From a virus: a stretch of 64,000 bases of DNA. Both the position numbers and the translations under genes were made by a program. The notes under the pieces are model-generated. The model did no database searches and was not told the origin of the DNA. It saw only the letters and a program-made list of their open reading frames with translations. Shown here in pieces: positions 1 through 10,648 of this stretch. The stretch lies in the IMG/VR virus record IMGVR_UViG_3300018414_000007, positions 1-64,000 of that record; one strand, given 5' to 3'. Every line of letters starts with the position of its first letter. The first letter of the stretch is position 1.

Positions 1-447
1 AGCTAACCTTCTTTTAATTGTTCTAGTAGGAATGAAGCAATAATAACTTTTATTCTTTACTACACAATTTTGTTTGTTCCAATAAAACATACAATAGTAA
101 CCTCCTGTATGTTCATTTAGAATTTTATTTTTAATCTCACCTTCGCTTTTATTGTATAAGTCATAATTAAACTTGAGATTTTTAAAGTTTATTTTATGCT
201 TTTTTATTCTAATTATACCAAGTCTATAAGGCATCTTAAAAAAGAAACCATCTATAAGTTCATCTACTAACATTTTATTAGCGTCTTCACATATACTTCT
301 ATATGTTGTATAATCTACATTATACTTTGATGTCTCTAATAAGTCTTTACTGTAGTAAATGTAACTCTGTTTAAGAGTTAGTACATTCTGTAATTTATTT
401 TTACCTCTCTTCACTTTGTTGTAAAGGTCTTGTTTTGCTAGTATCAT
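1..447 (-). CDS. crAss-like IHF/HU-like conserved protein (runs off window edge)
   Basis: Manually translated, not in ORF track. ATG at 447 (or GTG at 414), open to base 1: ...FKMPYRLGIIRIKK...NEHTGGYYCMFYWNK...FIPTRTIKRRLA, matching the crAss-like IHF-subunit family. Confidence 0.75.
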   Translation of the reverse strand, partial: MILAKQDLYNKVKRGKNKLQNVLTLKQSYIYYSKDLLETSKYNVDYTTYRSICEDANKMLVDELIDGFFFKMPYRLGIIRIKKHKINFKNLKFNYDLYNKSEGEIKNKILNEHTGGYYCMFYWNKQNCVVKNKSYYCFIPTRTIKRRLA

Positions 448-1135
448 TATTTTTTATTTCATCACTAGCATCATTAATATTATCTGGAATCATCTGTAAG
501 AAGAATGTAAGTTCTTTACTTACTATCATATCAGTTAAAGCTTTAGCCATATAATCACTCATAGGATAAGGATCTGTACTAATATCATAACAAGGAGTTC
601 CAGCATTCTTATACTTTGAAACCTCTCTAGGATCAGCAAATATACCTTCTACATTGATATATTTAATGTTCTTAGGATAATTTACTATATATAAATAACC
701 ATTTCTAAGATAACACATAGGAAGACTAGAACCATATTTAGATTGTAGATTCCATTTAGATTGTGCCTTAGAAGTAAAGTCTATGTTAGAGACTTTATCT
801 AATCCTCCAACATAGACTATTGCATCTTTATTACTAAGTTCTATTAACTTAGGAATTGGATTTGTAGTTCTTAAAACTAATCTATTACTTATAAGTCCAG
901 GTATTTCACTTGCATCTATTTTAGTTAAAGGTACTTGACCTAAATCCTGTATTACATTAGAAGATATAGGACGTTTCTTATCAACATCTTGTTTAATAAG
1001 AACAGCTCTAGTGTAGTTAATAATAAATTCAAGTTGCCTATCAGTTATTTTAACATCATCAGATCTATTATCTCTAATTAAGTTACGTAGATTATATACT
1101 AAATGTGGAAGTGTTAGAATAAATGGATTACTCAT
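401..1135 (-). CDS. crAss-like tail ring / tubular structural protein
   Basis: ITDRQLEFIINYTRAVLIKQD, YLYI..INVEGIFADP and DPYPMS pattern typical of crAss ring proteins; structural context. Confidence 0.7.
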   Translation of the reverse strand: MSNPFILTLPHLVYNLRNLIRDNRSDDVKITDRQLEFIINYTRAVLIKQDVDKKRPISSNVIQDLGQVPLTKIDASEIPGLISNRLVLRTTNPIPKLIELSNKDAIVYVGGLDKVSNIDFTSKAQSKWNLQSKYGSSLPMCYLRNGYLYIVNYPKNIKYINVEGIFADPREVSKYKNAGTPCYDISTDPYPMSDYMAKALTDMIVSKELTFFLQMIPDNINDASDEIKNNDTSKTRPLQQSEER

Positions 1136-1138
1136 TAA

Positions 1139-1357
1139 TTAGACTGTTTTCTGTACAAACATTTTAATTGCTTTTAAGATGATTTCTGTTTCTTCAAGTT
1201 CATAAGCTCCTCTTTTCTGAGCAACTTTAACTGCATTAACAAGTACTTGTAAAGCATGATTTTGAGTAAACTCTTCTTCAACTTTAGCTACTTCATCTTT
1301 AACTTCAGCCTCTACTTGGCTTACTACTTTTTCTACTTTTTCTTTAATAGTTGACAT
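1139..1357 (-). CDS. small conserved phage protein
   Basis: 72 aa, ALQVLVNAVKVAQKRGAYELEE motif; tight packing in operon. Confidence 0.6.
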   Translation of the reverse strand: MSTIKEKVEKVVSQVEAEVKDEVAKVEEEFTQNHALQVLVNAVKVAQKRGAYELEETEIILKAIKMFVQKTV

Positions 1358-1362
1358 ATTAT

Positions 1363-2043
1363 TTATTTAATTGTTATTACTACTCCTGCACTAAATCCAA
1401 ATCTAACATTCTTACCTTGCATATCTGAATTTAATCCTACTCCAATTGCTGGAGCTATTATTAATCTTGGTTTATTTATAACTGTATTTACACTTGTAAG
1501 TCCAGTAACACTTTCATCTTTATTAGCAGATGTAGCATATGTAGTTAATGTACTACCTTTTAAAAATCCATTAGACTTTAATGTAGTTGTTAAGTCTATT
1601 TCATCTCTAGTTTTAATATTCCATTTAGATGTTCCTGAATCTACTTTAATAGATGCGTCATACCACTTTGTACTAATAGAATCTTTAAACCTGATTCCTT
1701 TATATACTGTATCAACCTTATGAGAATAATCACTATTACTATTTGTATTAACTACAGATATTGATTGTATCTTATGATCTTTTTTTAAACTGTCTATGAT
1801 GACACTATCTTGTTTACTCTTACCTGTAAGTACTTGAATAAGTTGATCTTTATCACCAACTAAAGTACTTTTATAAGCTCCTAAATTTCCTAACTTAGTC
1901 TTATAACTATGTAGAGTATCTGTAGAAGCTTTTAATAATTCTGTTGTTACTTTATTCTTTTCTCCTTCTCTAACTAAAAGAAAAGAAGTTATTGTTAGTA
2001 AAGTAATAAGAGCTATAGTAAACCAATTAATCTTTATATTCAT
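1363..2043 (-). CDS. N-terminally membrane-anchored protein, possible spanin-like lysis protein
   Basis: N-terminal TM helix, coiled segment, beta-rich C-terminus; next to holin-like gene. Confidence 0.45.
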   Translation of the reverse strand: MNIKINWFTIALITLLTITSFLLVREGEKNKVTTELLKASTDTLHSYKTKLGNLGAYKSTLVGDKDQLIQVLTGKSKQDSVIIDSLKKDHKIQSISVVNTNSNSDYSHKVDTVYKGIRFKDSISTKWYDASIKVDSGTSKWNIKTRDEIDLTTTLKSNGFLKGSTLTTYATSANKDESVTGLTSVNTVINKPRLIIAPAIGVGLNSDMQGKNVRFGFSAGVVITIK

Positions 2044-2047
2044 ACTG

Positions 2048-2079
2048 CAAAGATAAATAAATTATTTGATTTATCCAAA
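2048..2079 (-). promoter_or_regulatory. Bacteroidota sigma-A type promoter
   Basis: Minus strand TTTG-N20-TATCTTTG, 4 nt upstream of ATG 2043. Confidence 0.8.
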
Positions 2080-2081
2080 TA

Positions 2082-2333
2082 TTATGGATTATTTGTAGGA
2101 GGAGTATTATTAGCTTTAGCTGCAATAGAATTATCTAATGAAGTTAATCCAAAGAAAGCTGCTGTTAATCCTGCTAAAGTAAACATAATATCATGATCAG
2201 GTGATTTAATAACATATGCATATGATAATGTTGAAAGTAAACAGATAAATCCTGCTACCCTTTTACTAGAGAAAGTCATATTGTCTGCTCCAGTAGTAAT
2301 GTCTGTAAATAATTTTTTAATAAAGTCTTTCAT
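2082..2333 (-). CDS. putative holin-like small membrane protein
   Basis: 83 aa, two hydrophobic segments, SSKRVAGF motif. Confidence 0.5.
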   Translation of the reverse strand: MKDFIKKLFTDITTGADNMTFSSKRVAGFICLLSTLSYAYVIKSPDHDIMFTLAGLTAAFFGLTSLDNSIAAKANNTPPTNNP

Positions 2334-2335
2334 GT

Positions 2336-4297
2336 TTAAACAAATGCGATTTTAATACCATATATAAGAATTGTTGCTCCTCCTCCTGTTGATGTTTGTA
2401 GTAACAAAATAGCAGAATAAGAAGGAATAGAAATTGTTCCATTTTTACTATTACCAAACATATCAGTCCAAGTACCTGTTAAGGTTTGTATAGGAGTAGA
2501 AGGATTGGTAACAAATAGTTCAGCATTACCTAAGTTAGTAGGAGTAATATTACTTCCTCCATCATACCCATAAGTAGATTGCCAAGTAGATAAACTAAAT
2601 AAGTGATCTGTAGTATAGTGAGATACAATATCATTTGTTTCTCCAGATGGTCTACAGTAAGCATTATTATTTATAGTACCTATTGAAGTAGCTAAGTCAA
2701 CAGTAATGTTTGTATAATTAGCCAAGAAATATATTAGTTGTCCACTTTTAGCAAATAAAACATTTCCAGTAATAGTCATATTATTAGGTTTAGTACCTGC
2801 ATTATCTTGCATATAAACCTGAGTATAACCATTATTATAAAATATATTACCTGTAACTGCACCATAGCTAGTTCCATGTAAGTACATACCACTATAAGAA
2901 CAATTGTAGCAAACATTGTTACTACAAGTAAATCCTATAGAAGCTGTATCAAAATAAATACCATGAGTTAAAGCAGCTCCTGAAGTAGTAGTTCCTGTAT
3001 TAGCTCCTGCTAGAGAATAAATAATATTACTATCTATTAAATTGCTACTAGAGTTAACTCCACTAATATTAAAGTATAAACCACCACCATCATCTAATAC
3101 TGTATTTGTATTAGTAACTTGATTGTATTGAATTGTATTACCAGTTTTTAATGCTCCAAATAATCCAGAACCTCCAACATTAGTAATAGTATTATAAGTA
3201 ATAGAATTACCAGTACAAGTAGATGCATAAGCAACTGTAATAGCAGTTTCTGCTCCATAGCCTGTACTACCATCACTACTTTGAGCTAAACCAGGAACAA
3301 CTGCTGTATTATTGATTTGGTTATTATAAATAGTATTATTTACAGAGTCAGCACAAAAAATTGAGTTATTTACACAATTATTAAATACACAAGTTGATAT
3401 TGTATTATATTGAGAACCAGTATTAACAAGAACTCCTTTGATACCTGCATAATATATATTACAATTAGTAATCGTGCAGTTAGTATTATAGTAAGCTAAA
3501 TTAAAATTGTAACTATTACCACCTTGTACAGTAAGATTATTAAAGTAATTATAGTTTTTACCTGTTCCTGAGAAAGAAACTACTGTATCTATCTTACTAG
3601 CAAGTATAGTGTATGAGGTTGGATTATTAGCTCCAAAGTACATACTAATAGTATAAGTAGCTGGGTTGTAAGTCCAGTCAAATAATTGAGTGCAACAGTT
3701 GATATGATTCTGTATAAAATAACCAAAGTTAGCTGTAGGAGTTTGTGTTCCTCCTCCTATTGCAGAATAAGTTATTACTCCAGATGATTGTCCACTTATT
3801 GTTCCTCTAGTAAGAGTATAATGTGTTTTTCTAATTACAACTTCACCACCTACATAACTAGGAGAATTAGATAGTCCAGAGTCAGTAATAGAAGTAGTAC
3901 CAGAAAATGTAGAATAGGTATTATATCCAGTTTTAGGAAATCTTCCATATCCTTGTACTGTTCCATTAACAGTAACAACATTTACAGTAGAACCTAATCC
4001 AGAATCTGTATAAGTCCATATACCACCTCCAGCATTTACCCAACCAGATGTTGTTACAAATCCAGTTAATATAGGATTAGCTCCAGTTCCATAAGCTCCA
4101 AATGTTATATTATTTACTGAAGTTCCAGCATGGGAAATAGTTAAAGAACCATAAAAAGTATCTCCTCTATTAAACAAAACTGAATCACCAGGATTTAAAC
4201 TAGCAGCATTAACTTTAGTTATAGTCTGCCAAGGAGTACCTGTAGAAGTACCATTATTAGAATCACTACCAGAATTTGCTACGTAGTATGTTGCCAT
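2336..4297 (-). CDS. right-handed parallel beta-helix (pectate-lyase-like) protein, putative tailspike/depolymerase
   Basis: ATYYVANSGSDSNNGTS..PWQTI..GDSVLFNRGDTFYG start, Asn ladders, DGGGLY, GIYFD; follows fibre gene. Confidence 0.75.
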   Translation of the reverse strand: MATYYVANSGSDSNNGTSTGTPWQTITKVNAASLNPGDSVLFNRGDTFYGSLTISHAGTSVNNITFGAYGTGANPILTGFVTTSGWVNAGGGIWTYTDSGLGSTVNVVTVNGTVQGYGRFPKTGYNTYSTFSGTTSITDSGLSNSPSYVGGEVVIRKTHYTLTRGTISGQSSGVITYSAIGGGTQTPTANFGYFIQNHINCCTQLFDWTYNPATYTISMYFGANNPTSYTILASKIDTVVSFSGTGKNYNYFNNLTVQGGNSYNFNLAYYNTNCTITNCNIYYAGIKGVLVNTGSQYNTISTCVFNNCVNNSIFCADSVNNTIYNNQINNTAVVPGLAQSSDGSTGYGAETAITVAYASTCTGNSITYNTITNVGGSGLFGALKTGNTIQYNQVTNTNTVLDDGGGLYFNISGVNSSSNLIDSNIIYSLAGANTGTTTSGAALTHGIYFDTASIGFTCSNNVCYNCSYSGMYLHGTSYGAVTGNIFYNNGYTQVYMQDNAGTKPNNMTITGNVLFAKSGQLIYFLANYTNITVDLATSIGTINNNAYCRPSGETNDIVSHYTTDHLFSLSTWQSTYGYDGGSNITPTNLGNAELFVTNPSTPIQTLTGTWTDMFGNSKNGTISIPSYSAILLLQTSTGGGATILIYGIKIAFV

Positions 4298-4300
4298 TTA

Positions 4301-7300
4301 TTATAGTATTTGTGACATAACACAAGTAGTAGCACTTGTGAAGTATATTAAATATGTTTGTGCTTTACCAATTGGTACTGTAAGACCTGCATTTAATCCT
4401 GAAGTCATACCTGTACCTAATGTTATAGTTATAGCTCCTGATGCTGTTGATGCACTATTATCAATAGTAAACTGTATTGTTGTACCTTGTGCTGCACCTA
4501 CTTGTGTTGCAAGTAATGTTGCAGTAGGCATTGTAAAGGCTACAGCTGTAGTTGATGTTGTAGTGATACTTGACTGTACTTGTGCTGCTGTAAGAGTAGC
4601 AGAAGCATTTACAGCTGTAGGTGTTGCATTAGCTTGATAGTTTTTAAGTATCATAGTATTTACACCTGTCCATACATTTGTTCCAGCTAAATAAGCCAAA
4701 GTACCTGTACCTGCTGGAAATGTTGGAGTACTTGCTGCAGTAGTAGTTAAATTAAGTGTAAATGCACCAGTTGTCTGTAAGGTTGAACCTGTTACTAATG
4801 TTAAAGTAGCTGATGTAGCAGGAGCAGTAATTGTTACCTTATTTACAGTACTTGAAAGTGTTAATGCACCTGTAATAGTAGTAGCAGGAGTTATTGTTAC
4901 TGTAGAAGTAGCATTTATAGTTAATAATCCAGCAGAACTAATATTAAATGTAGCTAAGTGAGTAGAATCATAAGCAAGCCCTAAAGCATACTTATTAGTC
5001 ATAGTTACGTTAGTACCATTGGTAGGTTGAGTGAAGAATGCTCCATATCCATTAGTATAAGTAATACCAGTATTAGTAGCAGCTAATGTAGTAAGTCCAG
5101 TTCCTATTACTGCGAAGTTAGTAACTGTACCAGATACAGCAGTAGTAGCATCAGTTAAAGTTGAAGCTCCAATATTTAATATAGAACCTGCTTGTGAACC
5201 TGCTTGTATATTTGAAGTAGCTTGTAAACTTAAGTTAAACTGACCTTGACTAGTTAAAGAAGCGTTATTAACAAATGTAGGAGTAGATGATGCACCTAAA
5301 TAAGATTGAAAATACCAAGTAGCATAAGGGTTAGCACTTGAAGTACCTTCTGCTATTTGTCCAAAAGCAAAACTATTTGAAGCAGGAGTACCACCAGTAT
5401 TCCAAGTAGAACCTTGTTGGAACCATAGAGGACTCCATTGGTTAGGTGTACCTGAAGTAGATGCAGTTGCATTTAGTAACTGTAAACTAGTAAATGATGT
5501 AGCACCACTTGAAGAGTGAGTTAACTGTAGCTGCGCACTTGAAAATAAAGCTAAAGAAGGAGCAAATGTATAAGCTGTTCCTGATTTAGTTCCATTCTGA
5601 TAGAACAACATAGCAATATTACCACCCGGAGAAGTAGAACCAGATGCAGCACTACTTATTAAATATGTTTCAAATAACTGAGATGCGGATGAACCTGTAT
5701 TCCACCCATAAGATGAAAAATGTATTCCTGGAGCAGACTGACTTAATGTAGAAGTAGCTGCTGTTGAGTTATTAAGAATTAAACCATCTCCCCAAGTCCC
5801 AGAACCCTGCACTCCATAGCTTGCACCAATACTACCAACATTAACTCTTAAAGGAGCACCAGTTACAGTTCTTACAAGTGAAGTTACTGGAATACTAAAT
5901 CCAGATCCAGTACCTCCTATATTAGCAGCAGAAGCAGATAAAGTATCACCAACTACATATCTTGAACCTGGAGTAGTAATTGTTACAACTGTAACAGCTC
6001 CACCAGAAACAGTTATAGTAGCTATAGCTCCTGTACCAGTACCTCCTGTTAATGGAACTGATGTATAAGTTCCAGTAGTATAAGATGTACCTCCAGTAAG
6101 AGTTCCAAGTCCTGCAACACCACCAACACCAGTTAATGATGGGGTAATATCTAAACCTATTAAAACATCTCCAGTAGTAGTTGATGTTAAGTTAGGAGTA
6201 AGTATTTGTCCTTGTGCTAAATTATTGACAGCAGTTAAAGTAGGATTGAAATAAGATTGTCCATTAATATAAGTAGTACCATTAAAATAAGCACTATAAC
6301 TACTAGATGTAATAGTATAAGTAAATCCAGATCCAGTACCACCAATTGATGCTGCAGTTGCAGAAAGTACATCTCCAGTTTTATAACCAGAACCAGTTGT
6401 AGTTAAAGTTACTGAAGTTACAACACCTCCAGCTACAACTATAGTAGCTATTGCACCGCTACCTGTTCCACCAGTTAGAGAAATACTTGTGTAAGTACCA
6501 TTAGTATAAGAACTACCACCTACTATAACACCTCTAAAATAAGATGATGGGGAATCAAAATAAGCATTAGTAATAGTACCAACACTAGCTCCAGCATCTG
6601 TTACAGTACCAATTGCTTCAAATACAACATTAGATAATATTGAATGAGTACCAGTTGCAGCATTCCATACAGGAGCTTTAGCAAAAATTACATTACCTAA
6701 TGAATCATTAGCATTTAATTGACCTGTACTATTTCCATAAAATACTGTTCTATATCCAACAGTAGATGACCCACCAAATTGGTATTGAGCAGTAGATGAA
6801 TTAGAATTATTATAAGATGAATTTGGATTATAAATATTTGAGTTACCATTACCAAAGCTTACAGGGCCTGTAAAGGCTGTAATATTTGAAGAAGGTACTA
6901 TATTTAAATTACCTCCAGATGTTGTTGTAAAAGTTGTATAGTGAGTTCCATCATAAGCTAAGGTTAACTGTGTACCAGTACTTGTCATTGTTACAGCACC
7001 AGCATTAGATATAGTCATAGCATCAGCAGCTCCATTATTTACAACAAAATGTATTGCATTTGATGTAGTAGTACCAATAGCAAGATCAACAGAAGTAGAT
7101 GTTAAATAAACATAGTTAGGTTGATTAAAGGATCCAGTTCCAGTAAAACCAGAACCATTCATACCATAATCTCCATAGTAAGTAGTAGCAGTACTATTAC
7201 TATTATTGACTACAAAATCAGCAGAAGCTGTAGAACCTGTATTAGTATTTTCAAGTATAATCTGATTATACCCAGCTATAGAACTTTGGTAAGAACCAAG

Positions 7301-9568
7301 AATACCAGTATCAGTATATCCTAAAGTACCTATGATATATTCTCCTGCAGTCATACTATAACTACCAATAGTTACATTAGTAGTAGCTCCTGTATATGGT
7401 ACATATGAAGTTGCTAACATAGTTCCAGTTATACCACCAGTTGCAATAGTAATTGGAGAACCAGATGTACCAGCTCCAGAAAATACTGATGTAGAAAAGT
7501 ATACGGTATCTGCTGTTGCAACATTTTGTACAAAAGCAGTAGTAGCTAGCTTAGTACTATTATCAGAAGTAGCTTGAGTAGTAGCTGTAGTACCATTTGG
7601 TAATGCTGGAGTACCTGATAAATTAGAAGCAGTTCCAGTAGTATTCTGATTCCAAGTTGGTACAGTCCCACTTAGTTGACTATAAGGAAGTGAAAGTGCA
7701 GATAAAGTAACTAATGTTGAATTGCTTGTAGCTGATATATTAGCAGCAGTTCCAGCACTTGTAATATAGCCAAGTCCTGTTACATAGTTTATTACAGCAG
7801 TTCCAGAAGGATACTGTGTAGTACTTGCAACTACAGATGATTGTAAGTTACTTATTAATTGATATCCAGATAATGAAGGTGTACCTGTAAGTTGTGAGTA
7901 TGGTAAAGATAAAGCAGATAATGTAGTAATAGTACTATTAGAAGTAGCGGTAATATTAGCTGCTGTACCTGTTGTATTTTGATTCCATGTAGGAACTGTA
8001 CCTGTTAATATAGAATAAGGAACTCCAGTAAGCCAAGAAGGATTACTATAACTTCCAGATAAAGATACATAAGTAGATGCCGCTGAAGCTGTAGTTAAAT
8101 AAGTTGAATTATCATAACTTACAGTAGTTCCACTAATCTTAACAAATCCAGTACCTGATAAAGCAGGTTGTTTATTATTAAATGTGTTCCAATCTGTAGA
8201 TGTTAACTGACCAGATTGTGAAGTAGTAGCATTTTGTAAAGTTAAAGTTATAGCTGGTGTACTAGTAGCTGTTGCAACAGTACCACTAAATCCATTAGCT
8301 GTTACTACAGATACAGAAGTAACACTACCAGAACCAGTACCATAATGAGAATCAGCATATCCTTTATCAATTAATGACCTATCTGTAAAGTTAGCTGAAT
8401 AATCAGCACTATATTTTAAACCAGCATTAAAAAAACTATCACCAAAAACTGCACCTGTACTACTATTTAAATTTAAGTACACTGATTGTGCACCAGTTGT
8501 ATTAGTAGTGCCAATGTATGCTGCATTACCACTTACTGAAACTTTACTTTGATAATAATTAGTACCACCAATAACTTGATTTACTGTACTTTGTATTATT
8601 GGAAAAGAACCACCAAGTATTTGATGAGTAGCTCCATTACCTGATACATTATTACCAATAATTAATTGATTACTATTTAATAAAATATTTGTATTTGATG
8701 TTATAGTTCCACCAAGACCAACTGTACCAGATGTATTAGTTAATCCATTACTAAATGAGTAAGAAGTAGATTTAGAATCTACATATGCTTTATCTGGTAT
8801 CCATCTTGGATTTGTTGTATTATTAGCAGAATAATCAGCATTATATAATAAACCAACATTTGAAATAGAATCAGTAATATTTATACCGTTTGTATTAGAT
8901 TGTGTTATAATACTTACACTTTGCCCAGAATTAGAATATTGAATTCCCCATCCATAAGGATATCCAGTTATAGTACTTATATATACACTACCATTTGCAC
9001 TAGAACCAGATATAGTAGCAGCATTAAAAGAACCTCCAGATAAACCTAAACTAATTTCATTTCCACTACCATCAGTTCCAGATAGTGTAAGTGATTGAGT
9101 ATTTATATCAATCGTTGTAGCTTGATCTAATGAACCACCAAGAACAATACCATCTGTAGTTCCAGGAGTTAAACCATTACCAGCATTAGGATAGTAAGGA
9201 ACAGCTAAAATACCATTACCTATTAAACTATTTTCTTTAAAATAAAGAGTAGTACTAAGAGCATCTATATATACTGGACCCAAACTATCAAACTGATAAT
9301 CTGGATCAATACTAGCTCCATTGAGATTAAATGGTATTAACCTAACTAAAGTATTGTATAAAGAATCAGATGTATCATCATATATACCTCTATTAACTCT
9401 GTATCTTAAAGAATCAATAGTAAGAAATATAAGATCTAAAACATCTTGAGGATATAATTTTTTTGAATTACCTATTTCTTCTGCTTGTAGATTGTTCCAT
9501 AATTTTGTAGCAAAGAACAACTCAGCATCTTGAAGCTTAGTTAATAATGAAGTATTATCAATCGCCAT
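4301..9568 (-). CDS. long tail fibre protein
   Basis: 1755 aa, T/S/G rich, DNSTKLATTAFV fibre motif, internal repeats. Confidence 0.8.
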   Translation of the reverse strand: MAIDNTSLLTKLQDAELFFATKLWNNLQAEEIGNSKKLYPQDVLDLIFLTIDSLRYRVNRGIYDDTSDSLYNTLVRLIPFNLNGASIDPDYQFDSLGPVYIDALSTTLYFKENSLIGNGILAVPYYPNAGNGLTPGTTDGIVLGGSLDQATTIDINTQSLTLSGTDGSGNEISLGLSGGSFNAATISGSSANGSVYISTITGYPYGWGIQYSNSGQSVSIITQSNTNGINITDSISNVGLLYNADYSANNTTNPRWIPDKAYVDSKSTSYSFSNGLTNTSGTVGLGGTITSNTNILLNSNQLIIGNNVSGNGATHQILGGSFPIIQSTVNQVIGGTNYYQSKVSVSGNAAYIGTTNTTGAQSVYLNLNSSTGAVFGDSFFNAGLKYSADYSANFTDRSLIDKGYADSHYGTGSGSVTSVSVVTANGFSGTVATATSTPAITLTLQNATTSQSGQLTSTDWNTFNNKQPALSGTGFVKISGTTVSYDNSTYLTTASAASTYVSLSGSYSNPSWLTGVPYSILTGTVPTWNQNTTGTAANITATSNSTITTLSALSLPYSQLTGTPSLSGYQLISNLQSSVVASTTQYPSGTAVINYVTGLGYITSAGTAANISATSNSTLVTLSALSLPYSQLSGTVPTWNQNTTGTASNLSGTPALPNGTTATTQATSDNSTKLATTAFVQNVATADTVYFSTSVFSGAGTSGSPITIATGGITGTMLATSYVPYTGATTNVTIGSYSMTAGEYIIGTLGYTDTGILGSYQSSIAGYNQIILENTNTGSTASADFVVNNSNSTATTYYGDYGMNGSGFTGTGSFNQPNYVYLTSTSVDLAIGTTTSNAIHFVVNNGAADAMTISNAGAVTMTSTGTQLTLAYDGTHYTTFTTTSGGNLNIVPSSNITAFTGPVSFGNGNSNIYNPNSSYNNSNSSTAQYQFGGSSTVGYRTVFYGNSTGQLNANDSLGNVIFAKAPVWNAATGTHSILSNVVFEAIGTVTDAGASVGTITNAYFDSPSSYFRGVIVGGSSYTNGTYTSISLTGGTGSGAIATIVVAGGVVTSVTLTTTGSGYKTGDVLSATAASIGGTGSGFTYTITSSSYSAYFNGTTYINGQSYFNPTLTAVNNLAQGQILTPNLTSTTTGDVLIGLDITPSLTGVGGVAGLGTLTGGTSYTTGTYTSVPLTGGTGTGAIATITVSGGAVTVVTITTPGSRYVVGDTLSASAANIGGTGSGFSIPVTSLVRTVTGAPLRVNVGSIGASYGVQGSGTWGDGLILNNSTAATSTLSQSAPGIHFSSYGWNTGSSASQLFETYLISSAASGSTSPGGNIAMLFYQNGTKSGTAYTFAPSLALFSSAQLQLTHSSSGATSFTSLQLLNATASTSGTPNQWSPLWFQQGSTWNTGGTPASNSFAFGQIAEGTSSANPYATWYFQSYLGASSTPTFVNNASLTSQGQFNLSLQATSNIQAGSQAGSILNIGASTLTDATTAVSGTVTNFAVIGTGLTTLAATNTGITYTNGYGAFFTQPTNGTNVTMTNKYALGLAYDSTHLATFNISSAGLLTINATSTVTITPATTITGALTLSSTVNKVTITAPATSATLTLVTGSTLQTTGAFTLNLTTTAASTPTFPAGTGTLAYLAGTNVWTGVNTMILKNYQANATPTAVNASATLTAAQVQSSITTTSTTAVAFTMPTATLLATQVGAAQGTTIQFTIDNSASTASGAITITLGTGMTSGLNAGLTVPIGKAQTYLIYFTSATTCVMSQIL

Positions 9569-10077
9569 TAATTATTTAATAAGTCGTCTATGTAGTCATT
9601 TGCTAAATCTAAACAATCTTGTGCTTTAACTGGTATTGCTCTACTTCCAAAAATTTCTGCAGCTTTTAATGCTTTTACTACATTAAAATATGGTTGAGTA
9701 TTTTTATCAAGTTCAGCATTATTCATTGTACTAGTATTACTAGAAGTAACTAAATAATTACCATACTTTAATTCAACAAAGCAAGATAGTGTATAGGTTT
9801 GAATAACTGGAGTTAGTGTTAAAGACATATTTGAAAGCTGATATACAGCTTTTATATACATATCATTCTGTATTACATAAGTAACTGGAGTACTATCTGT
9901 TATTACTAAAGTTGTTAGAATGTTATTGTTTGAATCATATAAAGTTATAGTCTTAGTAGTAAAAGTACTATAAGTATAACCTTGGTCATTAGAACCAAAA
10001 TTAGATGTATCAGCAAAGGAGAGGGTAGTACAATCACTAGATTGTGTCATACTAAAGCTTTGTGCAAATGTTGCCAT
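9568..10077 (-). CDS. putative tail hub/fibre-associated structural protein
   Basis: Coupled to fibre gene; Ig-like N-terminus and helical C-terminus. Confidence 0.45.
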   Translation of the reverse strand: MATFAQSFSMTQSSDCTTLSFADTSNFGSNDQGYTYSTFTTKTITLYDSNNNILTTLVITDSTPVTYVIQNDMYIKAVYQLSNMSLTLTPVIQTYTLSCFVELKYGNYLVTSSNTSTMNNAELDKNTQPYFNVVKALKAAEIFGSRAIPVKAQDCLDLANDYIDDLLNN

Positions 10078-10089
10078 TTAGTTTTAAAT

Positions 10090-10123
10090 AAAAAAGAGTA
10101 ACCTTATACAAAGTTACTCTTTT
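10090..10123. terminator. intrinsic terminator hairpin (bidirectional-looking)
   Basis: AAAAAAGAGTAAC-loop-GTTACTCTTTT. Confidence 0.75.
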
Positions 10124-10147
10124 ATTTCCATATTTCAAAATTTATTT

Positions 10148-10597
10148 TTATGCAGGAACTATTGCAGTACCAGCTCCACCTAGAGCAGTAATTGTAAATA
10201 GTATCCAAGTTGTAGGATTAATTAAGATAACATCAAAGAATGTGTTAGCAGGGATTGCTGCAAATACACCAGCTGTTGATACGTTATTTAAACTTACTGT
10301 ACCAGAATCACTTGCACTAACTCCTAATTTAAAACCATTAGCACCTATAAAACCTGTTATAGTTGTACCAACAACTAACATAGAAGCTTGAGGTAAGGTT
10401 ACTTTATTAGTTGCAGCAGAAGATGTAACAGTTACATATTGTGGTGCAGATGCTAATATACCAGTAGTCAAACCATCTGTAGTTGCAGTGGCAGTAGTGT
10501 TATTTAGTGGTTGTAAAGTTCCATTAGGAGTAATAAAGTATCCAGCTGTCTTAGAATTATCTAAAGCATTTCTTTCACTTTTATGTACTAATTTCAT
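10148..10597 (-). CDS. putative head fibre/decoration protein
   Basis: 149 aa, T/A rich, VTVTSS..VTLP motif; flanked by terminators downstream of capsid genes. Confidence 0.5.
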   Translation of the reverse strand: MKLVHKSERNALDNSKTAGYFITPNGTLQPLNNTTATATTDGLTTGILASAPQYVTVTSSAATNKVTLPQASMLVVGTTITGFIGANGFKLGVSASDSGTVSLNNVSTAGVFAAIPANTFFDVILINPTTWILFTITALGGAGTAIVPA

Positions 10598-10621
10598 TTA
10601 TTTTAATTGATTTAAAGGTAA

Positions 10622-10644
10622 ATAGGGAGTTATTAGCTCCCTAT
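10622..10644 (-). terminator. intrinsic terminator
   Basis: ATAGGGAG-loop-CTCCCTAT hairpin after 10649 ORF stop. Confidence 0.7.
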
Positions 10645-10648
10645 ATAA

